A stretch of DNA of 64,000 nt from an uncultured Gemmatimonadales bacterium (GTDB taxonomy: Bacteria > Gemmatimonadota > Gemmatimonadetes > Longimicrobiales > Gaopeijiaceae), in assembly GCA_963809895.1 (NCBI GenBank), contig CAWELD010000003.1, positions 1,280,001 to 1,344,000 of the forward strand. The letters are read 5' to 3'. Both the position numbers and the translations under genes were made by a program. The notes beneath the pieces were generated by a model. That model ran no database searches. It saw only the letters and a list, made by a program, of their open reading frames with translations, and was not told the origin of the DNA. Below, piece after piece: positions 11,724 to 20,779 of this stretch; within the stretch, counting starts at the first letter, position 1, and every line of letters starts with the position of its first letter.

Positions 11724-11752
11724 AAGGTACCGGCGGCTCAAAGAGCCGTCAA
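11724..11752 (-). promoter_or_regulatory. Sigma70-type promoter of rpsA
   Basis: TTGACG (11752-11747), 17 bp spacer, TACCTT (11729-11724); overlaps the cmk stop codon. Confidence 0.65.
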
Positions 11753-12462
11753 CCGCGGCGCAGGCGCGAAGCTTCGGCGCGCCGGACGATGGCGTCTACC
11801 TGCTCGTCGAAGGTCAGATCGGTGGTATCCAGGACCCAGGCGTCGTCGGCAGGGCGCAGCGGCGCATGGGTGCGCTCACGGTCCTTGCGGTCTCGCTCCC
11901 GCAACCGCTCGGCTTCGAGCTCGACCTCCTCGTCGGAGGGCCCCAACCGGCCCTGATCGGCGAGACGGCGCCGGGCGCGCTCGTGGAGGTCCGCGTCGAG
12001 GAAGACCTTGGTGGCCGCCTGCGGGAACACCACGGTGCCCATGTCCCGCCCGTCGGCCACGAGCCGCCCGTCGCGACCCGCCGACCTCTGGGTGCTCAGG
12101 AGCCACCCCCGCACCGCGGGAAGGCGCGCCAGCGTCGACACTCGTGCCGTCACCTCCGGCGTGCGCAGCTCGGGGCCCAGCTCGCGCTCCCCCAGGCGGA
12201 TTGTGATCGTGCGGGGGCCGGGCTCCAGGGTGACCCCCAGGGCGTCGAGCGCCGGGGCGTCGAGATCCGGCCAGCGCTCCTCGGGCACTCCGCTGTGCAG
12301 GAGGGCATAGGTGAGGGCCCGGTACAGGGCACCGGAGTCCAGGTACCGGTATCCGAGCCTCCGCGCCACCTCCCGGGCCGTGGTGGACTTCCCGGCTCCC
12401 GCCGGGCCGTCCAGGGTGACCAGGGTGGCTCCGGGACCCCCTTTCGCCTTGGTTTCAGCCAC
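11749..12462 (-). CDS. cmk: Cytidylate kinase
   Basis: LDGPAGAGKST P-loop, YLDSGALYR, DGRDMGTVVFP; aroA-cmk-rpsA synteny. Confidence 0.95.
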   Translation of the reverse strand: MAETKAKGGPGATLVTLDGPAGAGKSTTAREVARRLGYRYLDSGALYRALTYALLHSGVPEERWPDLDAPALDALGVTLEPGPRTITIRLGERELGPELRTPEVTARVSTLARLPAVRGWLLSTQRSAGRDGRLVADGRDMGTVVFPQAATKVFLDADLHERARRRLADQGRLGPSDEEVELEAERLRERDRKDRERTHAPLRPADDAWVLDTTDLTFDEQVDAIVRRAEASRLRRG

Positions 12463-13732
12463 GCAGTCCCTCCAGGGTCTCCCAGAAGCCAGGATAGCTC
12501 ACCTCCACGGTCTCTCGTCCCCGCACCCGGATGTCGTTTCCCGGCAGCGCGGCCAGGATCCCGAACACCATGGCGATGCGGTGGTCGTGAAAGGCGTCCA
12601 CCTCACCCGCGAGGCGCGCCTCGGTTCCCTCGACCTCGAGACCGTCCTCCAGCTCCTCGGCCGCCACACCCACGGCGCGCAGGTTGGTCACCAGAGCCCG
12701 GATGCGATCGGTCTCCTTGACCCGGAGCTCACGAGCCCCGCTGATGCGGGTGACGCCTTCGGCCCGGGCCGCCGCCACGGCCACCGCCGGGATCTCGTCG
12801 ATGGCCGCCACCACGTCGTCCCGCCCGACGTCGATGCCACGCAGCGACGATGCGCGCACGGTGACGCTCCCCACAGGCTCTCCTCTTCCGGACGGGCTAT
12901 CGGCCTCGACGCTCACCTGTCCTCCCATGCGCCGGAAGAGCTCCACCACCCCGGCCCGGGTGGGATTCAACCCGACACCGGTGACCGTGAGCTCCCCCCC
13001 GCCGAGGCCCAGCAACCCCGCGAGCATCAGGAAGGCGGCCGAAGACAGATCGCCGGGTACGCGGAAGTCCAGCGGCAGCAGGCGCTCCGGCGGGTCTCTG
13101 AGCTCCACGCGGCGACCGGGCCCGTGCACGTGGGAGAGGACGCCCACCCCGACCTCGCGGAGCATGCGCTCCGTGTGGTCCCGCGACGCTCCGGGCTCGG
13201 TGAGAAGCACGGGCACCCCGCCCACGACGCCCGCCAACAGGAGCGCACCCTTCACCTGGGCGCTGGCCACGGGCATCTCGTACTCCAGGCCGGCGAGCTC
13301 GCCGCCCCGGACCTCCAGGGGCAGGTGGCCCTCACGGTCCAGAAAGCGGAAGTCCGCGCCCATGTGGGTCAGGGGCCGGGTCACGCGCTCCATGGGACGG
13401 GCCCGGAGCGAGGCGTCCCCGTCTACCACCGCGCGCAACGGCTCCCCGGCCAGCACCCCCAGGAGCAGCCGGGTGCCCGTCCCGCTGTTGCCCAGGTCCA
13501 ACGGACCGGAGGGCTCGGACAACCCGCGCAGACCGCGGCCGCGGATCCGCACCTCGCCACCGTCGTCGGGCAGCCTCGTCACCCCGGCCCCCAGCGCCGC
13601 CATGGCGCGAGCCGTGGAATGGGGATCGGCTCCGTGCAGGAGCCCCCGGAGCCGGCTCTCCCCGTCGGCCAACGCGGCCAGGATGAGCGCCCGCTGTGTG
13701 ATGGACTTGTCGCCCGGTACGCGGAGGATCAT
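12455..13732 (-). CDS. aroA: 3-phosphoshikimate 1-carboxyvinyltransferase (EPSP synthase)
   Basis: VPGDKSITQR, GNSGTGTR, SAQVK, RDHTE, ELRVKETDR, DHRIAM. Start ATG 13732 overlaps the upstream stop (ATGA). Confidence 0.96.
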   Translation of the reverse strand: MILRVPGDKSITQRALILAALADGESRLRGLLHGADPHSTARAMAALGAGVTRLPDDGGEVRIRGRGLRGLSEPSGPLDLGNSGTGTRLLLGVLAGEPLRAVVDGDASLRARPMERVTRPLTHMGADFRFLDREGHLPLEVRGGELAGLEYEMPVASAQVKGALLLAGVVGGVPVLLTEPGASRDHTERMLREVGVGVLSHVHGPGRRVELRDPPERLLPLDFRVPGDLSSAAFLMLAGLLGLGGGELTVTGVGLNPTRAGVVELFRRMGGQVSVEADSPSGRGEPVGSVTVRASSLRGIDVGRDDVVAAIDEIPAVAVAAARAEGVTRISGARELRVKETDRIRALVTNLRAVGVAAEELEDGLEVEGTEARLAGEVDAFHDHRIAMVFGILAALPGNDIRVRGRETVEVSYPGFWETLEGLRG

Positions 13733-14580
13733 GAGCTCCACCACCGGCGGGTCTCCGCCATGCGGCGCTCCAACTCGTCCAGGTCCTGCCCGCCCAGCAC
13801 GCCCGACCACCCCTCCAGCTCCCGGGCCAACAGCCGCAGGAGCGCGGCCACCTGATCGCCGGAGTGGGTCAGCAGATCCTTCCACATGGTGGGATCGCTC
13901 CCCGAGAGACGAAGCATGTCGAGCCCTCCCGGTCCCAGGTCGTCGGGTCCGAACCCGGCGTCGGCGAGGATGCGCGCCAGGGCGTTGGAAGCGAGTTGGG
14001 GCAGATGGCTGACCACCGCCATGCGGGCATCGTGCTCGAAGGGCCCCGTCCACGAGGTGTGCGCGCCCAGACGCTCCCAGAACGCGACCGCGCGGCGCCG
14101 GGCCTGATCCGTCACCGAGTCCTCGGCCGAGAGCCAGACGCGCGCATCGCGAAACAGATCGTCCCGGCTCGCGGCGAACCCGCTGGCCTCGGTACCCGCC
14201 ATGGGATGACAGGCGATGAATCGATCCGCGAGCCCCACGCGCTCCGCCGCCTCCAGCGCCGGAAGCTGCAGGCTCCCCACGTCCAGGACGAGGCCGTCGT
14301 CGGCGAAGGCTTCAGCGGCCTCGCGCAGAATGGCCTCCTGTGCGGACAGAGGCGTGGCCAGCACCAACCACCGCGCCCCGGCCACATCGTCGGCCAACGC
14401 GGGCTGCGGCCCCGTGACGACACCCGCCTCCACCGCCGCCTGCACGTCTTCCTCGCTCGCCGCCCTCCCGCGGATCTCCACGCCGGGATCGGCGGCCCGC
14501 AGGGCCCTCGCCAGCGAGCCGCCCAACGCCCCGAGGCCCACGATCAGCACCGGGCCCCCGAGGACCGCGGGCTCGGTCAC
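13729..14580 (-). CDS. tyrA: Prephenate/arogenate dehydrogenase
   Basis: IVGLGALGGSLA Rossmann motif, DVGS, HPMAGTE, HDARMAVVSHLP. Start GTG 14580. Confidence 0.88.
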   Translation of the reverse strand: MTEPAVLGGPVLIVGLGALGGSLARALRAADPGVEIRGRAASEEDVQAAVEAGVVTGPQPALADDVAGARWLVLATPLSAQEAILREAAEAFADDGLVLDVGSLQLPALEAAERVGLADRFIACHPMAGTEASGFAASRDDLFRDARVWLSAEDSVTDQARRRAVAFWERLGAHTSWTGPFEHDARMAVVSHLPQLASNALARILADAGFGPDDLGPGGLDMLRLSGSDPTMWKDLLTHSGDQVAALLRLLARELEGWSGVLGGQDLDELERRMAETRRWWSS

Positions 14581-14930
14581 GGAACGGCGACCCGTGGCGT
14601 GAACACCACCACCAGCGGCGTGCGACCCAGCAGCTCGTCGCGGGCGGCCTCGGCCAGGAACCGGGCTTCGGCCTCTCGATGCGCCTCCAGGCTCACGAAC
14701 GGCACCCCCAGCTCCAGCAGACCGCGAAAGCCCGCCGAGGCCTGACCCAGGAGGCGCGTGCCCACTGGGCCACCGAACACCGCCTCGGCCAGCGCCACGG
14801 CCCGCCACTGGGCGGCCCGCAGCTCCCAGCGCGCCAGCAGATCCGCCCGAAGCCCGGGGAGAACGAGCTCCATGAGGTCGCCGGTCTCGTCCGGAGGCAC
14901 CGGGCGAACGGGAAGCAGCTCGCCACTCAC
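14577..14930 (-). CDS. Hypothetical protein (117 aa)
   Basis: Fills the rnz-tyrA gap exactly, with 4-bp GTGA overlaps at both ends; no recognised motif. Confidence 0.65.
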   Translation of the reverse strand: MSGELLPVRPVPPDETGDLMELVLPGLRADLLARWELRAAQWRAVALAEAVFGGPVGTRLLGQASAGFRGLLELGVPFVSLEAHREAEARFLAEAARDELLGRTPLVVVFTPRVAVP

Positions 14931-15853
14931 GAAGACGTCTCCCCATCGCGGAACGGGACCTCGACCACCAGGCCGTCGTGGGCGACCACGGCACCCGGAA
15001 AGACGGTGCGCGCCTCCTCTTCCAGGACCTTGGGGTCGTCGGCATAGCGCGCCGACAGATGCGTGAGGACCAAGCGCCTCGCCCCCGCGCCCGCCGCGAC
15101 CCGGGCCGCCCCGAGGGCCGTGGTGTGGTTGGTCTCCCGGGCTCGATCGGCCTCCTCCTCGGTGAAGGTGGCGTCATGGATCAGGAGGTCCGCGTCCCGG
15201 GCGGCCTCCACCACCTCGGGCGAAGGTCGGGTGTCGCCGGTGTAGACCACGCGCCGCCCCGGTCGGGCCGGCCCCACCACCTCGGCGGGATCGACGGTGC
15301 GCCCATCCACCTCAACCGCCTCGCCACGGTGCAGGCGCCCGAACAGCGGGCCCTCCGGAACCCCCAGGGCTCGGGCACGCTCCACATCGAAGCGACCCAG
15401 TCGATCCGGCTCCTGCAACGCCCACCCCACGGACTGGATCCCGTGGGTGGTGGCGAAGGCCTCCATGGCATAGCCGTCCCGGGCCACGGCCTCGCCCGCG
15501 GCCACCTCGCGGATGTCCACCGGAAACGGAACCCGCTCCACGCCCAGGTGCACCGTGCCGCGAAGCGTCCCCGCCGAGCGCGGAGGCCCGAAGATGACGA
15601 GCGGCTCGGTACGCCCCTGGAGCGCCATGGTCCGCAGCAATCCCGTGATCCCCAGAAAATGGTCGGCGTGGATGTGGCTGACGAAGATGGCGCTCACGGC
15701 GAAGCCCGTGCCGAACCGCATCATCTGGCGCTGGGTGCCCTCTCCGCAGTCCAGCAGGATCGAGTCACCGTCCCGCTGAAGCGCTACGCCGCTCACGTTC
15801 CGCCCCACGGTGGGGCGGGCCGCGGCGGTGCCAAGAAAGGTCACTCGGATCAT
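14927..15853 (-). CDS. rnz: Ribonuclease Z
   Basis: [20 protein letters not shown] metallo-beta-lactamase motif, GVPEGP exosite, [18 protein letters not shown]. Start ATG 15853. Confidence 0.95.
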   Translation of the reverse strand: MIRVTFLGTAAARPTVGRNVSGVALQRDGDSILLDCGEGTQRQMMRFGTGFAVSAIFVSHIHADHFLGITGLLRTMALQGRTEPLVIFGPPRSAGTLRGTVHLGVERVPFPVDIREVAAGEAVARDGYAMEAFATTHGIQSVGWALQEPDRLGRFDVERARALGVPEGPLFGRLHRGEAVEVDGRTVDPAEVVGPARPGRRVVYTGDTRPSPEVVEAARDADLLIHDATFTEEEADRARETNHTTALGAARVAAGAGARRLVLTHLSARYADDPKVLEEEARTVFPGAVVAHDGLVVEVPFRDGETSS

Positions 15854-15886
15854 GAAGCCGGCACACCACTCTGAAGAAACGCGACC

Positions 15887-15916
15887 AGGCCGGACCCCGC
15901 GGAAGGGGCCCGGCCT
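15887..15916 (-). terminator. Hairpin between the TonB-dependent receptor stop and rnz (terminator or leader structure)
   Basis: Inverted repeat aggccggacccc-gcggaa-ggggcccggcct; no strong U-tract. Confidence 0.4.
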
Positions 15917-15941
15917 GGAAAGGTACGAATTCGATCCGGTC

Positions 15942-18023
15942 CTACCAGAGGCGAAGCTGGACCGAGAAGGTTCGACCGGGTTGAGGGAGCCCACACTGAT
16001 CGAACACCGCAGCGTCGCCGACGTTGTCCACGCGGGCCCGCACCTCCAGGTGCTGCAGGGCACCTCCCCGCCGCAGCGTGAAGCGCCGACGCAGGCCGAT
16101 ATCGACCCGGGGATCCGACGAGAACGAGTCCAGGCCGCCGAGCTCGGGGTTCTCGCAATACTGGCTTCCGACGTAGCTCGCGCCGGCGGTGGCCAGGAGG
16201 TCCAGGGGCAGCGGCGCGTCCAACCCCAGGCGGCCCGCGATGGCCGGCTCGTACTCGAGGCGGACCTCGCCGCCGTCGTCCTGGATGCCCCGCACCTTCT
16301 GCAGGGTGGCGTCGCCATGAAGCGCAACGGGCCCCAGCACGCCACTCGCCAGAACCTCGATCCCGGTGCTCCGCACCTGGTCCTGGTTGACGCGCTTGAA
16401 CTTGCGGCCCTCCTCGGTTTGCACGGAGCTGCGCACGATGCCGTCGCCCAGGCGCTGGTGGAAGCCCACCACCTGCAACTGGGCCGCGGATCCGGAGAGG
16501 GTGAAGCCGACCTCGCCGGCCGTGAGCACCTCGGGCTTCAGATCCGGGTTGGGCAGGAAGCGGCCCAACGCGCCGGAGTAGAGCTCCCGAAGCGCCGGGA
16601 ACCGTGTGCGGCGGCTCATGCTGGCGTGGAAGAGCAGGTGCCCGTTGGAGGCCAGCGAGGAGACTCCGGCCCGTGCACCCCAGTCCCAGAGTCTGTCCAG
16701 CGGCGGCTTGTCGCCGGTCTCGGGTGTGTCGGAGCCGTCGACTGCCGCTCCCACCGTGACGCGCGTCGTCGTCAGCCCCGGAATCCCCAGAAAGCCGTCG
16801 AAGCGGCGCTCCACCTCGGTGCCCAGGCTCCAGAGGCGCTGCCCATAGTCCGACGGCGTGGCGCCGTCGAGCGTCTCACGGTGAAACACGTCGCCGAAGG
16901 TCGCCGCCGTGCGCACGTCGGTCCGGTCGGTGACGCCCAGGTCGCCCGAGAGCCGGAAGGTCACGGTGCGATCGTCTCCGGCTTCGGTCTCCACGACCTG
17001 GTCGTAGGTCTCGCTCGAGAAGGCCTCGATCTCGGTGCGGCCCAGGTCCAGGCCCACGCTGGCCTCGAGATCGCCGTTCCCCAGCACGGTGTCCCGAAAG
17101 CCCGTGCCCCCGGACATGGCGACGATGAAGCGGCTCTGGTAGGGGTAGCGCCACAGGCGTGGATCGTCCACGTGGGCCTCGGGCGGCACGCCGCGCTCGA
17201 CCTGGAAGCCCGAGCCCGCCACCGAGAACCAGCGCCCGTCGCCGCTGCGGTAGCGGGCCGAGGCGAAGCCGTCGAAGCGACGGCTGTCCGAATTCAGACG
17301 CAGGGCGTCGGCACCCTCCAGGTACTGCATGCGCTGCCCGTCGGCGGCGCTCAAGCCACCGGGGAGCGGGACGCCGTCGCGCTGCTGGAAGCCGGCGCCG
17401 GCCCGGAGCTCCCACTGGCTCGCCCCGCTTCCGAAACGCTCCCCGCCGGTGGCTCCCAACGACGTGGCACCCGTGTGATCCAAACCCAGGTGTAGCGCCA
17501 GTGGCTCGGGCGGCGCGAAGGCCTGGGCGCCACGGGCCACATCCACCTCCACCGCGCCGCCCAGGACGTTGGGGCCGTGCAGGATCGTGGAGAGCCCCCG
17601 CACCAGGCGTACCCGCCGCGCCGCGGTGAGGGCGATCACCGAAAGGTCCGAGCGCGCGTCCCAGCCCAGCGTGAGGGGCACACCGTCGAAGAGCACGGCG
17701 ACCTGGCGGTCTTCCGCGCCTCTGAGCGCCGGCTGGGCTTCACCGCGGGAGTTGGTACGGATCAGAATCAGGGGCATCGCCCGCAGCACCTCGTCCAGCG
17801 TGGGAGCCGGGCTCGGCGACATGGAATCCAGCTCCATCACCACGGCGCTGGCCCCGCCCGACGTGGCCAGGGGGCGAGGCACGTCGACGGTCACGCCCCG
17901 GATCTGGTAGGTGGGGGTGTCGGGCAACGTGTCCCGACCCACGCTGTCGGGTGGCTCCTGGCCGGCGGCGGGCGCCGCGAAAACGAAGAACGGGGCGAGA
18001 ATGCGGATGGACGACAGACGCAT
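15942..18023 (-). CDS. TonB-dependent outer-membrane receptor
   Basis: Signal peptide, plug motifs (LDEVLRAMP...LRG...VLFDGVPL...[19 protein letters not shown]), [18 protein letters not shown]-terminal [12 protein letters not shown]. Start ATG 18023. Confidence 0.88.
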   Translation of the reverse strand: MRLSSIRILAPFFVFAAPAAGQEPPDSVGRDTLPDTPTYQIRGVTVDVPRPLATSGGASAVVMELDSMSPSPAPTLDEVLRAMPLILIRTNSRGEAQPALRGAEDRQVAVLFDGVPLTLGWDARSDLSVIALTAARRVRLVRGLSTILHGPNVLGGAVEVDVARGAQAFAPPEPLALHLGLDHTGATSLGATGGERFGSGASQWELRAGAGFQQRDGVPLPGGLSAADGQRMQYLEGADALRLNSDSRRFDGFASARYRSGDGRWFSVAGSGFQVERGVPPEAHVDDPRLWRYPYQSRFIVAMSGGTGFRDTVLGNGDLEASVGLDLGRTEIEAFSSETYDQVVETEAGDDRTVTFRLSGDLGVTDRTDVRTAATFGDVFHRETLDGATPSDYGQRLWSLGTEVERRFDGFLGIPGLTTTRVTVGAAVDGSDTPETGDKPPLDRLWDWGARAGVSSLASNGHLLFHASMSRRTRFPALRELYSGALGRFLPNPDLKPEVLTAGEVGFTLSGSAAQLQVVGFHQRLGDGIVRSSVQTEEGRKFKRVNQDQVRSTGIEVLASGVLGPVALHGDATLQKVRGIQDDGGEVRLEYEPAIAGRLGLDAPLPLDLLATAGASYVGSQYCENPELGGLDSFSSDPRVDIGLRRRFTLRRGGALQHLEVRARVDNVGDAAVFDQCGLPQPGRTFSVQLRLW

Positions 18024-18261
18024 GACGCTCCAGGGGTCTCGGGGAAATCCGCTCCGGGATCTGACAGAAGAGTCCCAAGAAGGGGACGCGTCAGGAGGCA
18101 CGACTGTTGAGCCTTCCGCCCGTCTCGCCGGCCCTGTCGCTGAATCGCCCGACTGTTGGACAGCCTCGTGCACGCCGACGTATTCTGATATTCGTCACGC
18201 CCGACACCGTCGGGTGCTTGGCCCACGCCATGGAATTCGACCTTCACCGAGGACCTCCCTC

Positions 18262-18693
18262 GTGATCCGTCTCGCTCTCGCTCTGGTCCCCGCCCTTCTC
18301 GCTCCGTCGGGCGCCACCGTGGCGCCGGCCACCCAGGACGAGGCCGTACACACGGAGCTCCTCGCCACCTACCCGGCTGCCGACAGCCTGCACCGCCGGG
18401 CCATCGACGAGGTCCGGCTGCGCTTCTCGGAGCCCGTCCAGCTGTCGCTCAGCACGGTGACGGTTCTGGGGCCCGACGGCGTGATTCGTGACGCCGACAG
18501 CCTGCGTTGGATTCCAGGGTCCGAGGAGCGCGAGCTCGGCCTGCCGCTTCGGGAGACGTTGGTGACGGGCGAGTACGCCGTCGAGTGGCGCACCGCCGGC
18601 GCCGATGGGCACGCCGTGCGGGGACGCTACACCTTCTCCGTGGAGTGGGTGCCGCAGGACACGACGGAGGCAACTCCCGCGGACTCCCTGGCA
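18262..18693 (+). CDS. copC: CopC copper-binding domain; 5' part of a frameshifted copC-copD fusion (end approximate, no in-frame stop here)
   Basis: GTG 18262 with GAGGA upstream; signal peptide, then HTELLATYPAADS...LRFSEPV...GEYAVEWRTAGADGHAVRGRYTFSV (His1 and DGH Cu(II) site). Confidence 0.8.
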
Positions 18694-18715
18694 GGCCGGC
18701 CCCGATTCGGGAGCC

Positions 18716-19684
18716 ATGGCCCGGCCCGACACCACCCCGCCGGACAGCCTGACCATGATCGGAGGAGCCGGCCCCGGCGAGGGCGTCACCCCGTCGGGGA
18801 GGTTCGGCGTGGGATCCCTGGCCCGCTCGCTCCTCTATCTGCTCATGGCCGGCGCGCTCGGCGGGGCCGTCTTCCGGTTCGCGGTGTTGCGGCGCGTGGC
18901 GCGTACACCCGAGTTCGGCAGCGCCGTGGAGGGTGCCGGACGTCGCCTGACGGCACTCGTCTGGCTGGTTGCGGCGGGGGGCGTGGTAGCCCTGCCCGTG
19001 CTCCTCGGCCTCCAGTCGATCCAGGTGTTCGGCGAGGGAGGGCTGGCCATCGGCTCGCTCTACCGGGTGGTCACCAGCCCCTGGGGCCAGGCCTGGGGAC
19101 TGGAAGGGCTCGGGGTGCTGACCCTGCTTCTGGGCCTGTCCCTGGCCCACCGGAGCATGAGAGGTGGGGGATGGACGCTGGTCGGGGTCGCGGGTCTCGC
19201 GGTAGTGCTGGGATCCGTGCTCGCGGGGCACGCCCGCGCTCAGGGCCCCACCACGGTGGTCATTCTCACCCTCCACGGGGCCGCGGCGGCGATCTGGGCC
19301 GGAGGCCTGGCCTCGCTGGTCCTGGCCACCCTTCCTCAGGCTCGCAAGTCTCCCGAGGCGCTGCCGCGCTTCGTGAACGCCTTCTCCCCACTGGCGCTCA
19401 CGGCCGTGGCGATCATGTTCGCCACCGGGTTGGCCGGCGCCTGGATCAATCTGGGTGGGATCGGGGCCCTCTTCACCACCGGCTACGGGCGCATGCTCCT
19501 CCTGAAGCTCGCCCTGGTCGCCGGGGCGGCCGCGCTGGGATACCACAACTGGCGCACCGTGCGCCCGGCGCTGGAGGCTCAGCCGCGGGCCGGCCTGCTG
19601 CGCATGCCCGCCAGCCTGGAGCTCCTCACGGCGGTGGCGATCTTCCTGGTGACGGGCGTGCTGGTGGCCATGCCCACGCCCTGA
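18716..19684 (+). CDS. copD: CopD-family inner-membrane copper protein; 3' part of the frameshifted fusion
   Basis: About 8 hydrophobic segments, LAGHA, LHGAAAAIWAGGL, RFVNAFS, TTGYGRMLLLKLAL; lies in the +1 frame relative to CopC. Confidence 0.8.
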   Translation: MARPDTTPPDSLTMIGGAGPGEGVTPSGRFGVGSLARSLLYLLMAGALGGAVFRFAVLRRVARTPEFGSAVEGAGRRLTALVWLVAAGGVVALPVLLGLQSIQVFGEGGLAIGSLYRVVTSPWGQAWGLEGLGVLTLLLGLSLAHRSMRGGGWTLVGVAGLAVVLGSVLAGHARAQGPTTVVILTLHGAAAAIWAGGLASLVLATLPQARKSPEALPRFVNAFSPLALTAVAIMFATGLAGAWINLGGIGALFTTGYGRMLLLKLALVAGAAALGYHNWRTVRPALEAQPRAGLLRMPASLELLTAVAIFLVTGVLVAMPTP

Positions 19685-19712
19685 GGCCCGACCGCGCGTC
19701 CGCGAGGGCCGT

Positions 19713-20288
19713 TCAGAGCCCGAGGAAGTTCGCCAGCAGCGCCGGGCCCGCTTCGCTGAAGAGGGATTCCGGATGGAATTGCACGCCCCACACCGGGTGC
19801 GTGCGGTGGCGCATCCCCTGGATCTCCTCCTCCTCGCCGGGCTCGTCCGACCAGGCCACGGCCTCGAGCTCCGCGGGGAAGACCCGGGCATCCGTGGTGA
19901 GGGAGTGGTAGCGGGTCACGGTCAGGGGAGAGGGAATGCCCTGGAAGAGCCCCTCGCCCCGGTGCCGCACCCGCGCCGTCTTGCCGTGCATGAGGCGGTC
20001 CGCGCGCACCGTGCGCCCGCCGTACGCCTCGCCGATGGCCTGGTGGCCGAGACAGACGCCCAGGATCGGCGTGGTGCTCCCCAGCGCTCGGACCACGTCG
20101 ATGCTGATGCCCGCCTCGGCCGGCGTGCACGGACCGGGCGAGAGGACGATGCGCTCCGGCGCCATGGCGGCCACCTCCTCCACCGTGTGCTCGTCGTTCC
20201 GGATCACGCGCGGATCGGCGCCGAGCTCGCCCAGGAGCTGGACGAGGTTGAAGGTGAAGGAGTCGTAATTGTCGATGACGAGTAGCAT
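19713..20288 (-). CDS. trpG: Anthranilate/aminodeoxychorismate synthase component II (class I glutamine amidotransferase)
   Basis: MLLVIDNYDSFTFNL, SPGPC, GVCLGHQ, RYHSL, GVQFHPES. Start ATG 20288. Cannot be told apart from pabA by eye. Confidence 0.93.
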   Translation of the reverse strand: MLLVIDNYDSFTFNLVQLLGELGADPRVIRNDEHTVEEVAAMAPERIVLSPGPCTPAEAGISIDVVRALGSTTPILGVCLGHQAIGEAYGGRTVRADRLMHGKTARVRHRGEGLFQGIPSPLTVTRYHSLTTDARVFPAELEAVAWSDEPGEEEEIQGMRHRTHPVWGVQFHPESLFSEAGPALLANFLGL

Positions 20289-20342
20289 GGGTGGGGACTT
20301 GCTTTGTTGGTGGGGCTCCGGGGGAGGAGGTTCCCCCTCCCT

Positions 20343-20640
20343 CACGCGCCGGGGCCGCTTGCGTATGTCCGACGGTCACGTTCGCGGGGCCCGGATGTTC
20401 GTTCGGGGGAACCTCCTCCCCCTGCGCCGAGCCATTATGCTCCCCGGCATCGATAAAGGCGAGCGGGGAGGGGCGTCGAGCCGGGCGGGTCATCGAGTCC
20501 ACGCGCCGGGGCCGCTTGCGTATGTCCGCGGTCACGTTCGCGGGGCCCGGATGTTCGTTCGGGGGAACCTCCTCCCCCTGCGCCGAGCCATTATGCTCCC
20601 CGGCATCGATAAAGGCGAGCGGGGAGGGCCGTCGAGCCGG
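20343..20640. repeat. Two near-identical direct repeats of ~142 bp (20343-20484 and 20500-20640) with internal hairpins
   Basis: Copies differ by one indel and one substitution, separated by 15 bp; 18-bp gggggaacctcctccccc core also present inverted at 20320-20337. Confidence 0.92.
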
Positions 20641-20779
20641 CCACCCGCACTGCTCGTATTGCGCGGGGGGGGTGGGGCGGGCATGCTCGCGGGAGCGAAC
20701 ATGTCCGGCGGCGAGAACGTAACACTGGTGGAGTCCGGGGCGGCATGCCGGCGTGATGCTGGATGAGGGAGGACCGAGG

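Noticed and set aside
18024..18261. Cobalamin or NiCo riboswitch upstream of the TonB receptor
   Set aside because: I could not find the B12-box core motifs or a convincing NiCo junction by eye; only an Rfam search could exclude them fully.
18694..19911. C-terminal part of the 666-aa ORF 17911..19911 as a real protein
   Set aside because: Arg/Gly/Pro-rich off-frame translation overlapping CopD and running into trpG; explained by the frameshift.
20289..20640. T-box or Trp leader-peptide attenuator for trpG
   Set aside because: No T-box consensus and no short Trp-codon-rich ORF on the minus strand.
20269..20766. Short ORFs with internal repeats in the trpG upstream region
   Set aside because: They are translations of the DNA repeat; the 157-bp period plus an indel and lack of start signals argue against coding.
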